Shown: positions 24,116 to 37,292 of the stretch, piece after piece
Layout of the letters: each line of letters opens with the position of its first letter
Numbering within the stretch: the stretch's first letter is position 1
NCBI GenBank assembly: GCA_973895155.1
Contig: OZ316897.1
Location: 15,375,375-15,439,374 of the forward strand
Reading direction: 5' to 3'
DNA from: Marsupella aquatica
Taxonomy: Eukaryota; Plantae; Marchantiophyta
Length of the DNA: 64,000 bases
The notes under the pieces: model-generated
What the model saw: the letters and a program-made list of their open reading frames with translations, nothing else
The model's database searches: none
What the model was told of the DNA's origin: nothing
Translations under genes and position numbers: made by a program

Positions 24116-26843
24116 TTAATCACTCAGCTTGTAATTTTTCACGCTGGGTATTGAGAACAAGGAGTTCCACCAGCTAAGCTTCTGGGCATTTCGAGTAACC
24201 CCCATATCCTTACATAGTGTGTCATAGTGCCATATTACAACTGAGCCTATACATGGTCGCTTGTAAAGGGGAGTAGCACTCTTCTTACATTGCCACCATT
24301 TTGCCATATCGACCTCCATCGTTGCATGATCCGGCAGACTGAATTGGCCTCGTATCAGGTGCGCTAGCCACACAGCTCCTAGCTCAGCAGAATTGGTGGT
24401 GGTAAGCCCCTCATGATACCCCAGAAAAGCCATACCTGGAATTTTTGGGTGCACCAGTCCTCTGTAAAGCATTCCACCCATCATTCTCAGGTTGCTGACA
24501 CCGACTGATGCATCCAACTAAGAGAAAACTTGGACATGAAAGCAAGCCAGCAGATGTGGGCTCCGCAGTAAAACAAATCCAAATGTCGAGGATACACTAT
24601 GTGCTTCCTCCACTACAAGTGATTATAACAGAACATATCCAAGTGTCGAGGATACACTATGTGCTTCGTCATCTAGAAGTGATTATAACAGAACAGGTAT
24701 CTTGGAAACAAGACTCTCTCACAACTAGCAGGCAGATTCCCACACAGTTGACGAAAACCGAATGAGCGGCCTTTCCATCATCCACAATGAAGTCATTAAA
24801 ATGGACATACCTGTAAAGAGATATTGTATCTTCTTTCTCGAACACAAATTCTCTGGCAGCTATAGGAAGAATCGCCTTCAACTTTTCTTGGGCATTATAC
24901 CCAGTGCATAGAAGAACAACGTCTGCCTCAACTTTCTTTCCATCTGCTAGAACGACACCTTGAGGATAGAAGCTGAACGAAGGGGTCTTCACTAGTCCAA
25001 TGTGGCCCTTCTCCAAGTGTGGTACAAAACCGACAGGCAGTGACGGTATCATGCAGCCGGAGATGTCCTCAATTAAGGAATGGTCGGGGAGTATTCCAAA
25101 CTTGGATAGAGGCAACTGATTTCGAATGTTGTATTCCACCGTCTTCCACATAACCCATCTCTGTCCACCAATCGCAGCAATTTATTAATGAAAGTACCAA
25201 AACCGGGAGGCTCTTCAACTGAATTTCTGGACAAGGAAGGCGACGAAACGATAAAGTAGCAGCCAAATTGTGCAAAATGTCCTTCAATTATAATACTACA
25301 GACTCAGCTGGTATTCTGCACAGCAACGAGGACTAAAAAAAGTTAGAGATTTCAACAAAGTGAAAAGAGCAGTTCAACTCACCAACGGACGGAAAATAAT
25401 TTGCATAAATCGTTGGAGGATCCCTTGGTTTGGTTTCGGAGTAAACCATTCGCCGAATCGGGTGAAGGACAGGAACAGAAATGGAATATACCCAAAAGCC
25501 ATTGGCATTTTATGGGGAAGTATCCAGTGGGTGCGCCTGAAAAGCAGTGTGCAGGTTCCTCCAGAGGTATCTGTGACCAGAATGGAGCATCGTATTCGCG
25601 TCAACATGAGATAGTTTCATAAATGATACTGTTTGACCACAAAAATTGTACAGCAGCAAATGGCAGCCACCACAAAACGAAGAGACAAATGGGACATTCC
25701 CCTTGTACTAAAGCTTCCTTCAAACAGCGACCAGCTGTCGCTGTTTGAGACTTTTGAAAACAACAGAAAACCCAAACCACAAATTTTCGTAATTTCTGGT
25801 TAATTCCGAATACGAATGATAATACGGCGAAATTGAGAATCGCTGACCTTCGATGGCATTGGCGACCTCCATTACAATATCCAGGGCAGTCTTTCCATAT
25901 CCCACGACGACCACCTTTTTCCCATGAAGTAATTCACTTGACTTCTCTGGACCTAGAGAAGAGTACTCCAATGAGTGTAAGACTTGCCCCGAGAAAGCCT
26001 CAGGGCCTTCCTTTGCAGGAAACAACGGCACGCTGGGGACATCTCCAAAGGCACCACAACAAATTACCAGAAACTCGAACTCGTAACACTGCACTACACC
26101 CAAATCTGTGAGCGACAACCCCGGCCCAGAGTTGCATCAATCTCATAGGTCCAGGAATATAAAACAAGACCGAGTTCTATTTCGTGACACAATTGATTCT
26201 GCGAGGGTGTTGCACGAAGGTGGAAAAGAACAACGTGTGAAATTTGTCAGTGGCAATTATTTCGCCTTGGAATGATATCACTTAGATCTCACGTGAAAGG
26301 ACGAGAAGCTCACAATCTTAAAGTATACAGATTTCTCACCTCTTCAGAGAATTCAGGAGAATCACTGGAATCCAGGATCGTTTTCCTTACTCGGACCTCC
26401 CACAGTGTACTGTTCACATCGTTCGAAGCCAAATCTTCGCCAGTAGTCACGTTCCGGCTTTTCCTCGTCAATCCATCAGCCTCGGCATCCCAGCCATTAT
26501 CTGTTGCCACGGAATTGCCCCGCCTAAACTGCACTACCTGGCAGTTGAATTGAATCTTGTCCAGCAGCCCGAATTGCTGACTATAACCCTCAAGATATTC
26601 CATCACATCCTGGTGCATGGGATGATTACGGGCAGACTCTGGCCAGGGGAAATCTGAGTACTCGAACAGTCTTCTGGAGTTCTGCAGAGCTGTGGAAGCG
26701 TAAGTTTGTCTCCAAAGGCCACCAATCCCACACTTGGCTTCCAAAACCGTGACATTGAGACCTCGCTGAGAAAAGTGCTTGCAAGCAGCCAGCCCAGACA
26801 CGCCTGCTCCTATAATGCCCACTCTCGGACCTCCTTCTTTCAT
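24116..26843 (-). CDS. FMO1-like monooxygenase, copy B, 542 aa; exons 26843-26340, 26088-25848, 25570-25383, 25160-24811, 24461-24116
   Basis: Same motifs and exon 2-5 lengths (241/188/350/346) as copy A; homology block ~23798-27511 vs ~14708-18232. First in-frame ATG is 26843 (MKEGGPRVGIIGAG). Confidence 0.92.
24577..24696. repeat. 60-bp tandem duplication in intron 4 of FMO copy B
   Basis: ATCCAARTGTCGAGGATACACTATGTGCTTC...GAACA x2; single copy in FMO A. Confidence 0.85.
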
Positions 26844-28302
26844 CCTGCCCAGACTGCTATCCTCTCCAGGCTTCCCCTTCAGCTCTGCAGTCACTGGCAA
26901 TTAATGCTGCAACCATCCGAAATCCTCGTTTGGCATGTGAAATTGTCCTTCAAAACTCTCGTTTCTCCTGAATTGGATGCACGATCTGACAAATTCAAGT
27001 TGAGGCATAGCAAGGAAATCTAATCCGACCCGTCTACTGGAGAACTTCGTCACACAGATTTGTAGTTTAAAGAATCTCATTGATATCAAGCTTTATTGCC
27101 AAATGGAGAGAATTGACTTGAGAGAGAGTGAAACAGAACCTACTGTAGGGAAAGACAGGTCTAAATACGTATGTTTCAATAAAAGTGAGTATACAGTGGG
27201 ACTAGAACGTGACGGCGTTGGCGTCTACAGTTACAGATTGGGGTCCTTTGTATCTACGGCGGCTAATTATGTCAGGCCATCATTTATCCATCGATAGAGA
27301 AGAGCGCGAGCGATTCTTAGGACTCTTCTGAGATTGGTCGTTACCAGGAAAGTCAAGGATGCTGCACAGTCTATCATTCAGGCTAGTTTTGAAATACGTT
27401 GAGGGTGTCAATCACGGATGTCTCACCTGCTACTCTTGTAATAAAGAGGCTTTTTGGAAAAAGGTGGCAAGGTGGGCCTTCAAAGGTAGCGAAAATGATA
27501 AGCTTGCACAACGGCAACAAAAACCCTCTTTGTTTTGTTTTGTTTTGTTTTGTTGACTTGGCTCTACGTACCAGGCTTTTCAATTTGGTGTTTGGTATTT
27601 TATTTTTCTTTAGTGGTTGTTGGGGCCTTTGGGAGTTTTTGGCTCTTGGGGTTTCTTGCTCTTTGGTCTTCTGGTGTTTTTTTTTACTTTGTTGTGTTTC
27701 CTTTATTGGGTTGCTTGTTTTTGGGTGACTTTTGGGGTTTTTGACTCTTTGGTCTTAAGGGTTTTCTCCTTGTTTTCTCCCCATTATTGTCTTATTGGGA
27801 TTTCCCCAATTATGGTATTTAGCTAATGTTTTAATAGCCGTTATTGATACTCATTATTATGGGGCTATTATTGCCCACAATGCACTAAAAGGGAATTAAT
27901 ACACATGAAGCTCTAAAAGATTTAACTGTTTTGAGTGAAAGTAGTGTAAAACACTAGTGGAAAATAGTGTCCTTAATGACTAGAACGAGGACTGACAAAC
28001 GAGTCATATGTACCAATATATGACTAGAGCGTTTCTGTCATACCTGCCTCGTCTTTTAGGACAGTCAATTAAGACAAATGACTAAAACTCTCACCAGTCA
28101 TTTATGGTAGTCCTAAATGATACAATATTTTTGAAATGACATGTTGTCCTAAATGACTGAATGAACGGCCATCAGTCATTTAGGCATGTCTTTAATGACA
28201 CATATTTAAACAAATCATATTACAACATGTGGCAACTACGCACGGTTGTCATTATATGTCATTTCAGACATGTCATAAATGACACAATAATAAATCATTT
28301 AA

Positions 28303-28677
28303 GGTGTCATTTAGTGTGTCATTGAAGGTGTCGTACATGGTGTCATTAAAAATGTCATATAATGTGTCATACAAGGTGTCATTGAGGGTGTCATATAGGG
28401 TGTCATTGAGGGTGTCATACAAGGTGTCATTGAGGGTGTCAATAGGGTGTCATTGAGGGTGTCATACATGGTGTCATTGAGGGTGTCATATATGGTGTCA
28501 TTGAGGGTGTCATACATGGTGTCATTGAGGGTGTCATACATGGTGTCATACATGGTGTCATACAGGGTGTCATACAGGGTGTCATTGAGGGTGTCATACA
28601 GGGTGTCATACAGGGTGTCATATAGGGTGTCATTGAGGATGTCATTGAGGATGTCATTGAGGGTGTCATACAAGGTG
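28303..28677. repeat. 12-bp minisatellite (GGTGTCATTGAG / GGTGTCATACAG), ~31 units
   Basis: Directly visible; built on the subterminal GTCAT motif. Confidence 0.95.
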
Positions 28678-28787
28678 CTTTTAAGTAATGTTATTTGGGA
28701 TGTATCTAAGAAGAGCTCATAGTTATATTTAAAATCACATACAATGAATCCACTTAAAACTCTAAACAAATACATCACTTTGCGCAT

Positions 28788-28931
28788 CATCATTGTATTC
28801 AGAAATTCACACTCCAACATTCACAAGCTCTAATATAGAATAATTGAAAAAACAGAAGTCATCATTGTATTCAGAAATTCACATTCCAACATTCACAAGC
28901 TCTAGTATAGAACAATTGAAAAAACATAAGT
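28788..28931. repeat. 72-bp tandem duplication
   Basis: CATCATTGTATTCAGAAATTCAC...AAAAACA.AAGT x2. Confidence 0.85.
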
Positions 28932-29037
28932 CTTTATGATAAAGCGATAGAAAGTACACATTTTTCACTCGCATGAGTGAAACAATGGTAACCAAAATAT
29001 TCAAAAATTCTCTATTCTACATGATCAGAGAAAATGT

Positions 29038-32033
29038 TCAACACTTCCGAAGAAACCTAGCATTCCACAATGTATTCATTCCTAACACATTCCGTAAGCA
29101 GAGTTGTTTCTCTTCTTTGTTGGGCATTGGCAATGCTGCATCACCACAATACACTGCCTTAACTGATACTCGCACCCAAGGACTCTCAATCATGACACAA
29201 TGAAATTTATCCTCTCCTGGTAACCCTGTCACTTCACCTCTAGCAACAACTGTAGAGCGATCCACAACGCTTCGTACTTCTACAGCATCTCCTTTTGAAA
29301 ACTGCCACACAAAATTGTTAGGATAAAATACTGTCTTGTAGTACTGATTTGGGCATATTATCAATTTAAGAACATAAGCCAACTGAAAACAAATTCACCT
29401 TTGCTGCTGGATTTGGGGAGAGAACTGGTCCTCGTTCACTAGGTGAGATAGTGATAGGGGTTGATTTCTTGAATCTCTTTGAAGGCCTAGGTGGCGTAGC
29501 CTCTTGTTCCTGAATTGCATTTGACACTATCTGTTCATCTGTGACAGCAATCTCATCACTTTCACCATTACCAATGCTGCTTTGTACAACGCAAGGTTCC
29601 TGCAGTGCTCCCAAATTTGCTTCTCCCATACTTGGCTTTGGCTTCTGCCTTGTTAAAGTATCTGATTTCTCTCGCTGTGATACAGGATTCTCCCCTGAAG
29701 AAGCTACCACAAAACCAAACAATGAATGCTTAGAAAACTTCAATCTAAATTGAAAAATAAACTATTGCATATGTAATATGTTTAGAGTATTAGTTTGTAT
29801 GTTCTTACCATCACTATCACCTGAGAAAGTAAGAGAACGTTTCCTGCTACTACCTTTAGGCTCAATCACCACCTTAGTAGCAATTGCATTTGATAATTGC
29901 ATATGAAACTGATTTTGTTGATTTTGTGCAATGAAAGAGGTCATCATAGATGTCAAATTGTCCACTTTGAACTCAAGCTTGGTTAAATTCTCCATAGACT
30001 GTTCAAGCTTGAATAATCGAGTTGGTTCCTCAATTGTAGTTTCCCTGGACAGTGGAGTCTACATACACAAAGACACCATACAATGTCAATCATCAATGAT
30101 AATTTGAACATCATGGATAACTGATAATCAAAATTGAATATATACACAGGTTTTCATTACATACCACTGATCCATGTGCAGATCCAATTCCAACAAAACT
30201 ACTGCCTCGATGTTCACCATTGCCCATAGATGGACTGATCTGCACTGGGGGGACTGGACTACTAGACACAAGTTTTGATATAACAGAGCTCGTCATTCCT
30301 TTTGCTTTCTGGAAACACATAATCACATTCAAAGCAATTGAAATATTTAATTAAAACTCATCATGTCATTGTTTATTCCTATACTAGATAAACACTTCAA
30401 TTCAAATGACAGTCTAGACCTGCAGTGAGATGGACCATCTGAAGATTCTTACCAATCTTTTTTCTGCTCCAACAGCCCCTCCTCTTCCAAAATGCTCTTT
30501 GTTCACCACTTCTACCCTCCTTGCTTTCATCACAGCACTCCTTGCAAGCAAAGCAGGACTATCAAAATGATCCACCAGTCGTGCCCATTTCAACGGGTCA
30601 ACATATTGAGGTCCTGGTTTGGAGCGATCACGTTTACATACATCCTTCCAATAAGTATTTAGTTTGTGACGTTCTCTTTTCAATAATGTCCGACAGTGAC
30701 TAATAAATTTCTTGTCAGACACTGACTGCTTATCTAGATACTCCCAATCTACCTCCATCAATTTCTGCACATCCTCAATTATGTTTGGATCTTGTTTGTT
30801 CCAATCAGGTTCTGATACATCAAAAAGCCTCAAGACATTAGCACGTAGCTCCTCCATCCAATATGGTTTATTAGGATGAGAATCATCAATATCATTGTCA
30901 TGAATCTGAAAAAAACACCATAAATGATAGTCATCAACATTGGAAATGAAATAAACACCCAATTGCTTCTGAGTACACAAACTGTAGGCCACAAATGTGA
31001 AATGTGCAATGAAAATCTTACCGTTATCAATTTTCCCTTCTTATTGTCAGCCCTTCGGTTCTCTGGAATTGTTTTTTGGCTTGCCTAGATTCCCTGCGTT
31101 GCTCAGTTGTAGTCTTTCTTCCCTCTACAGACACAATGAGCATCCAATATTGATCATCCACTATTGCAAAATGAGGGACAAGAAATATTACAATATAATA
31201 GGAGGATGCTTCATTGAATTTGACTTACCTGAACCCTGACTAAATGTCACTACTGTAGAGTGTCCAGATTTCCCAATCGATGCTGATGGAACCACCACTA
31301 TACGCATGCAAACCACTGGAGTTATGAATCCAACATTCATATAGATCAACATTGAAAAATACATTGAAAATCTTTGAAATTACTTACATTCAAATAGCTG
31401 GCCAGTCACAGGGTCTTTGTAACATTGCACCATGCCACTCATGGAAGGTCCAATCTTTGTAGGGGTTTCTTTTGCATCTACCAAGCTCTTAGATGGAGGT
31501 TGCAGATGTTCCTGTCCAGATCAAGTTAAAACCAATGTTATTAAACATAATCACTACCAATGTCTATAGTTTCCTCATAATGTTGGTGAAATGTAATAGG
31601 AATCTCACCTTGGATGAACTTTCTGGTTTCTCATCTTCACTGTACTCAGCATCAGTGTCATAATCTGATTCAGAGCCCTCATCACCAGACTTTGCCATAC
31701 TCACTGAGGCAATTCTTGATAGTCTTGAGCTCTGTCTCCTCTGTGTGGTAACCTCACTTATAGGAGTTCGACGTGCACTTGTTTTCTTCTTGCGCCCTAC
31801 GATCTGTGTTGCACCCAGTCTACATCAGAGAATATCAATGAATTAATGACAAGTACCAAAAACCAACTCATATTGCTGATGAGCAATATTAACACATCTT
31901 TGCACATTCAAAACAACATGCAAGATTATACTCACATGAAATTGAAATTTTCTCCAAATATTTCTCTGAATTTTCTATTGTTGTCTGCTACCTTCTTATT
32001 TCGTTCCTCCTCATATGGAGGTATTCGCTGCAT
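29038..32033 (-). CDS. CACTA TnpA/ORF2-like multi-exon gene (exons only partly resolved)
   Basis: N-terminal MQRIPPYEEERNKKVADNN (YE..R...N motif); central W...W.RLVDHFDSP...HFGRGG exon (~30450-30905); C-terminal VVARGEV...WVRVSV...LPMP...TLW exon. Lies directly downstream of TnpD. Confidence 0.7.
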
Positions 32034-32117
32034 TCACTGCTAGACCATGGCATGCCATGTTAGTATAATCCCACTCCCAACCAAATGAAACCGGACTGTA
32101 CAGTATCTTCAAATCAT

Positions 32118-35100
32118 TCATTTCCTTTTATACTTTCTTTTTCCTTTGTCTGTAGTACTTGGTCTAGGCTCCTGTCTAGTTGTACAGGCTTCTGCCAACT
32201 CTATGTGAAACTTAGCATTGTCATCCATAGTATCATGGAAATCAATTTCCATGTAATCACCCAGTACCCTTGTAGACCTGGATTCCTTGTGGAGGATTGT
32301 CCTCCATGTAATCCCCTTATCATTTGGGTAAAAAAACACCTGTTCTATCTGTCGTGGCAATACATAGTCCATTTTCTTGGAAGCACCCAGCTCCTTCTGA
32401 AAATTTACTTGCCACAATCCATATGCATCATATCTCATACTTGCCATGGCTTTGGGAGTCCAAGATGGGTTTGCCCACCTTCCTTTGAAAAGGACCACTT
32501 CCTTTATCAGAGGCCCATAGTTCAACACTAAGATGTCTGTCAACACCCCCACATATTGTACAGATTCATCTACTGTTGCCCCTGACCTAATGACCCGCTT
32601 CTCAGTGAATGTACAAGCCATCCCAGAATCAAAAGTCTTGAACCCAGATGAATCACAATCAATCAAGGAACCTAGTGATGGAATGGTCCTCCAATGGTGC
32701 CCATAGGCTCTGCAGGCCCTGTACCGCAGTGCCTTCAGACTAGGTGGTACACTATACGCTGCCAACACCATTCGTTCAAACTCATTCTCAAAATTATCCT
32801 TCTAATTGTCACTTCAAACCATTCTCTAAAAGGAGGCAACTCATCCAAATAAGAGGGATAAGGCACAGGATTCCTCCGATTTCCTGGATTCTTCATCCAT
32901 TCTTTCCGGAAATCTGCTCTGTGCTTGGTAACTGCCTCCTTTTGATCATCATAAACCCTGCATGGCAAGAATGACAGTCAGCTCCTAGGCCCACACAATT
33001 TCTGCTCAAAACTCAATTCTGTTTAATAATAAACAACAGAGAACTTAACAATATAAATCATGCTCATACCTATACCATGGTTCCACCAGCTCTTCATTCT
33101 CCAGTATGTAATGATGCATAGCTATCATATCATTCCACTCCAAGATGATCTGTTTTCCAGCTCCTTCCGAGACAATGCCTGCAACACCAGGATTCTCCTC
33201 CAAGTCCCATGTTCTCATTCCTGTCCCCTTAACATCGATCATGTATTCAGAAAGGAATCCTAAAGATTCATCCAGAAGGTAGCCTTCAGCCATAGAAGCC
33301 TCTGGACGTGCCTTGTTTCGAACATAACCCTTCAAGGTCTTTAGATATCTTTCTATTGGGTACATCCATCTAATGTTCACTGGATCACAGATGTCTAGTT
33401 CCTAAACCAGATGAATCAACAGATGGGTCATGACATCAAAGAAGCTTGGTGGGAAATGAATTTCCATAAGGCAGAGTGTGAATGCAACATCCAACATCAC
33501 AGAGTCGTACTGTGAGGGATCCCAAACCTTGGCACAGATGATACGCCACACATTGCTCACTCTGGCTATGGCCAACCGAACACCTTCATCAAGTAATCCC
33601 ATTGTTGCCAATGGAAGGATTTGTTGCATGAGGTGATGGAAATCGTGAGATTTCAGCCCTGATAACTTCTTCTTAACTATGACACATTTAGCCAGAGAAC
33701 TGCTGAAACTAGTGGGCCCTTTAAAGGTCAACAATACCTCTAAGAACTTAGTCTTCTCTGTCTTATTGAGGCAGTATGGGGCTGGCGGCATGATCTTTGA
33801 ATCTTTTTTTGGATCTAGATTTGGAACCAGCCACAGGTGTTCCCGCAGGTCCATGACTTTCATGTCTTCTCGAACAGAAGGAGTATCCTTTGTCCCCAAA
33901 ATAGTGTGCACAATGTTGTGTGCAAGATTCTTCTCACAGTGCATGGGATCCAAACAATGGTTGATGAGAAGTTTCTGCATTGGATGCACAGTTCAATACA
34001 AACTAAGTTAGAATCAGAAATGTTACTCTTTGGTACTTAACATTACACACTAAGGGATTCAGTATGGGGAACCAGATACTTACACTCCAGTATGGCAGCT
34101 TGTATAATCCAGTAACCCTCTTCACTCCATTCTTCTTTACTGGAGAGTTTTCATCATCCAGCGCATTCCCTGGTTTCTTCTCCACATATTTAGCGGCCTT
34201 TTCTCCCCAACGTTTCCTATCAGAGCTGGACACTCTACATGGTGCAGCTCGTGCCTCTACCTCACCATTAAAGTATTTTGCCACTTCCTCTCTACGAAAA
34301 TAGTGCCTATGTGGTAACCAGCGATGATGGCCAGCAAACAGTAACTTGCCCAACTGTTTTGAACCTTGTGCCACACAATTTGGCCCACAAACCACACATC
34401 CTTTGTACCCTGCATGTTGTTGGCCAGAGACTAATCCATATGCAGGATAATCATTGATTGTCCACAATACTGAAGCCCTTAGCTTGAACTGTTGCTGCAA
34501 TCCTAGCCTTGGTAGAACATCAAAACAATCTACTCCTTCTGACCATAATGTCTCAAGATCATCCACAAGTGGAGCCATGTATACATCAAATTGTTCCTCG
34601 CTTACAGACACAGGACCTGGAATTAGAAGAGCCAGCATGACAAAGAACTTCTTTGTGGAAAGCCAAGGAGGGATATTATAATTCAATAGCAGGATTGGCC
34701 ATGTAGACCAGGCAGTAGAATTATTCCCAAATGGATTTACCCCATCAAGTGCCAATCCCATTCGCACATTCCTTGGCTCAGCAGCAAAAGCAGGGTCGAT
34801 CTCTGTGTCCACATGTTTCCATGCCTTTGAATCTGCTGGATGTCGCACCATGTTGTCCTTGCTCTTGTTCTCATGATGCCAAGTCATTAGCTTAGATGTA
34901 CCCTTAGTGGCATACAATCTCTTCAATCGAGGGATTATAGGGAAATATCTCAAGACCTTCGCAGGCTGTAAAGAATTCCCCACTAACTTCATCTTTAGCT
35001 GATTACACTTGGAACAATTGTCCAACTCTGCAGTCTCATTTCTAAACAACATACATCCATTCTCACAGACTGGGATTCTCTCATAGTCTAAACCCAATTT

Positions 35101-35904
35101 TCTTAGTAATTGTTTTGCAGCATATAGGTTTTTAGGGAGAGTGTGCTCTGTTGGCATTCCATGCTCAGTCAACAAAGACAGCATGGCATTCACTCCTGTG
35201 TTTGAGAACCTCTTGTTGTGACAGATGTTTAAAAACAACAACATGAACGAAACTACATCAGTCTTACTGCCTGGAAATAAGGGTCTCATGGCTTCTTCTA
35301 AAGACCCTTGCAGAGGGACAGGATTTATAGGATGCCCTGCTGCAGGTGTGTCCTCAGCCCTGGTCTCAGCAGAGGGTGGACCTGCCTCATTCTCATCATT
35401 TTGAAACATTGAATCTATATCAAAAGGAGGATCATTATCCACATATTTGTCAGACTCTTCAGAAGCTCTTGCCAATGTCTCATGAAGTAAAACTCTGACC
35501 TGCTCTTCAACATCTATTGATGGCTGGCCTGAGTGGAATGTCTCTCGAGACATTCCTGCCCTTAGTGCCTCTGGACCAGAGTTACGAATGTAATTGGATC
35601 TCCACTCCTCATCAGAAGAGTCTTCACCCTCTCCTACCCACACTCGACAGGCAGGGTAGCGGCCATATTTAAGAAGATGTTGTCGACTGGTCTTTCGAGT
35701 AGTCTTAACAATCCCTTTGCATTCCATGCAAGAGCAATACATTCTATGATCAACACTACCAGAGCAAGCTGTCTGTTCCCGAGCCCATAAGTTATCATCA
35801 CGACGCTGTATTCGACGTGGATGGGAAAGAGGTAATCTTCTCAGGTTGTTTGCCTCTATTGTATGTGCAGTGTTATGTGACCCAGCCTGGCTAGAAGAAG
35901 CCAT
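32118..35904 (-). pseudogene. CACTA TnpD/Tnp2 transposase; exons 35904-34084, 33974-33070, 32957-32118; one stop and one frameshift
   Basis: CSCMEC, RHPADSKAWKHVD, RNVRMGLALDGVNPF, WTINDYPAYG, DPMHCEKN, GLKSHDFH, WMYPIER; TAG at 33404-33402; frameshift near 32800. Confidence 0.92.
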
Positions 35905-37292
35905 GATTGCAGCACTACCTAATCAAAAACACAGTTGCACGTCTTTCTTCTGTGACATCTTGCAGAGCATATGAATTTGTTCTAGACAACTCCAAAACCC
36001 TTCCATACCATCTTCTAGACCGTCATGTGAAGCAAATGTGTGCACAAGTGAAGAATAGACATACATTTGAGGCACAGTACTCCAACTGAGGTAAAGGCAG
36101 CTCCCACTTTAGCCTTCATTGCCAATAGAATAGTACATGCATGCCAACAAAAGGTAAACAGATTACATATTAGCAACTTGATCAGAAATTATTTACTTGG
36201 GTACACGTTACCTAATCTCAATTCATACTGTAAGTGACAATGGGTATTTGAAGGAGACCTGAATTGTACAAATGAAAATGACAAAAGTTTACAAGACCAA
36301 ATAGAGGCCTACCTCAACCAGATTTAGGGCAAGGGTGTTCACAGTAGTCAGCAATCTCAGACCCTTCAAAACAGTGAATACAATAACAAACATTAATCAT
36401 AATGTCCAACAATCCCCTCCTTCATTCTATGACTTTTGAATTCATTTGTTGAAATGATCATCTTCATCAAGGCAGTTTGTTTTGGGCAGGTACTAGAATA
36501 GATTCAGATCACAACATTTCATCATCCCCACACAAACCAGGATACATATGGGCAAGGGCCTCAAAGGATTTCATGTAATCTACATAATGTCACATACTGT
36601 GTTTTTGTGCAATAGTCAGAATAAAATACAGTCACTCAGTCTTCAAAATTATCAAAAATGACGAAGTTCAAAGATCAACCCAGGTTGAAGGGTTGACGGA
36701 GTTCTTAAGGTTGTAGGTTTAGAAAGGCAGTACTACAAAACTTGAGAGACATTATGTAAAGTTTGCCTTCTTATGGCCAGATCCCTCAAAGGGACAACAA
36801 CATTTTTAAGACCTTGGGTGGATTTTAGGTCTTGCCTCTAAGGTCAGTGTGATGTTTTTTAGTGTTTTAGTTCTTTTGTTATGTATCTCCATTCAGGCTG
36901 TTCATATATTGCTGAGTATAGCTGTAACAGTCATCATACAATCAGAATTGATACTGGTCTTTCTCCACTAAGTGTTGCTCTACTCTAGGGCAAACAGTCT
37001 CAACCACAGGTGTAGTCCACTTCATACAGTGAGACAATTTAGTCCACTTCATACAATCAGGCAGTTTAGTCCATTTCATACAATCATCCTGCTTTAGTCC
37101 ATTTCAGTTTAGTCCATTGAATCCAACTTTACACTTCACTCCATTTTCATCCAACAAAAAACTCTGGTGCTCCACTGTACCCCTTTAGTCCATTTTGTGT
37201 CCAGTATCCTCCAGAAGTCCTTAACCCATGACAAGTTCAATATACTTTGTACTAGGCAGTGTTTTCGACACAACTGAACTAAGGCTTATCAT

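Noticed and set aside
28311-28820. Repetitive ORFs (TLYD/MTPS/RVSY)
   Set aside because: Translations of the 12-bp minisatellite.
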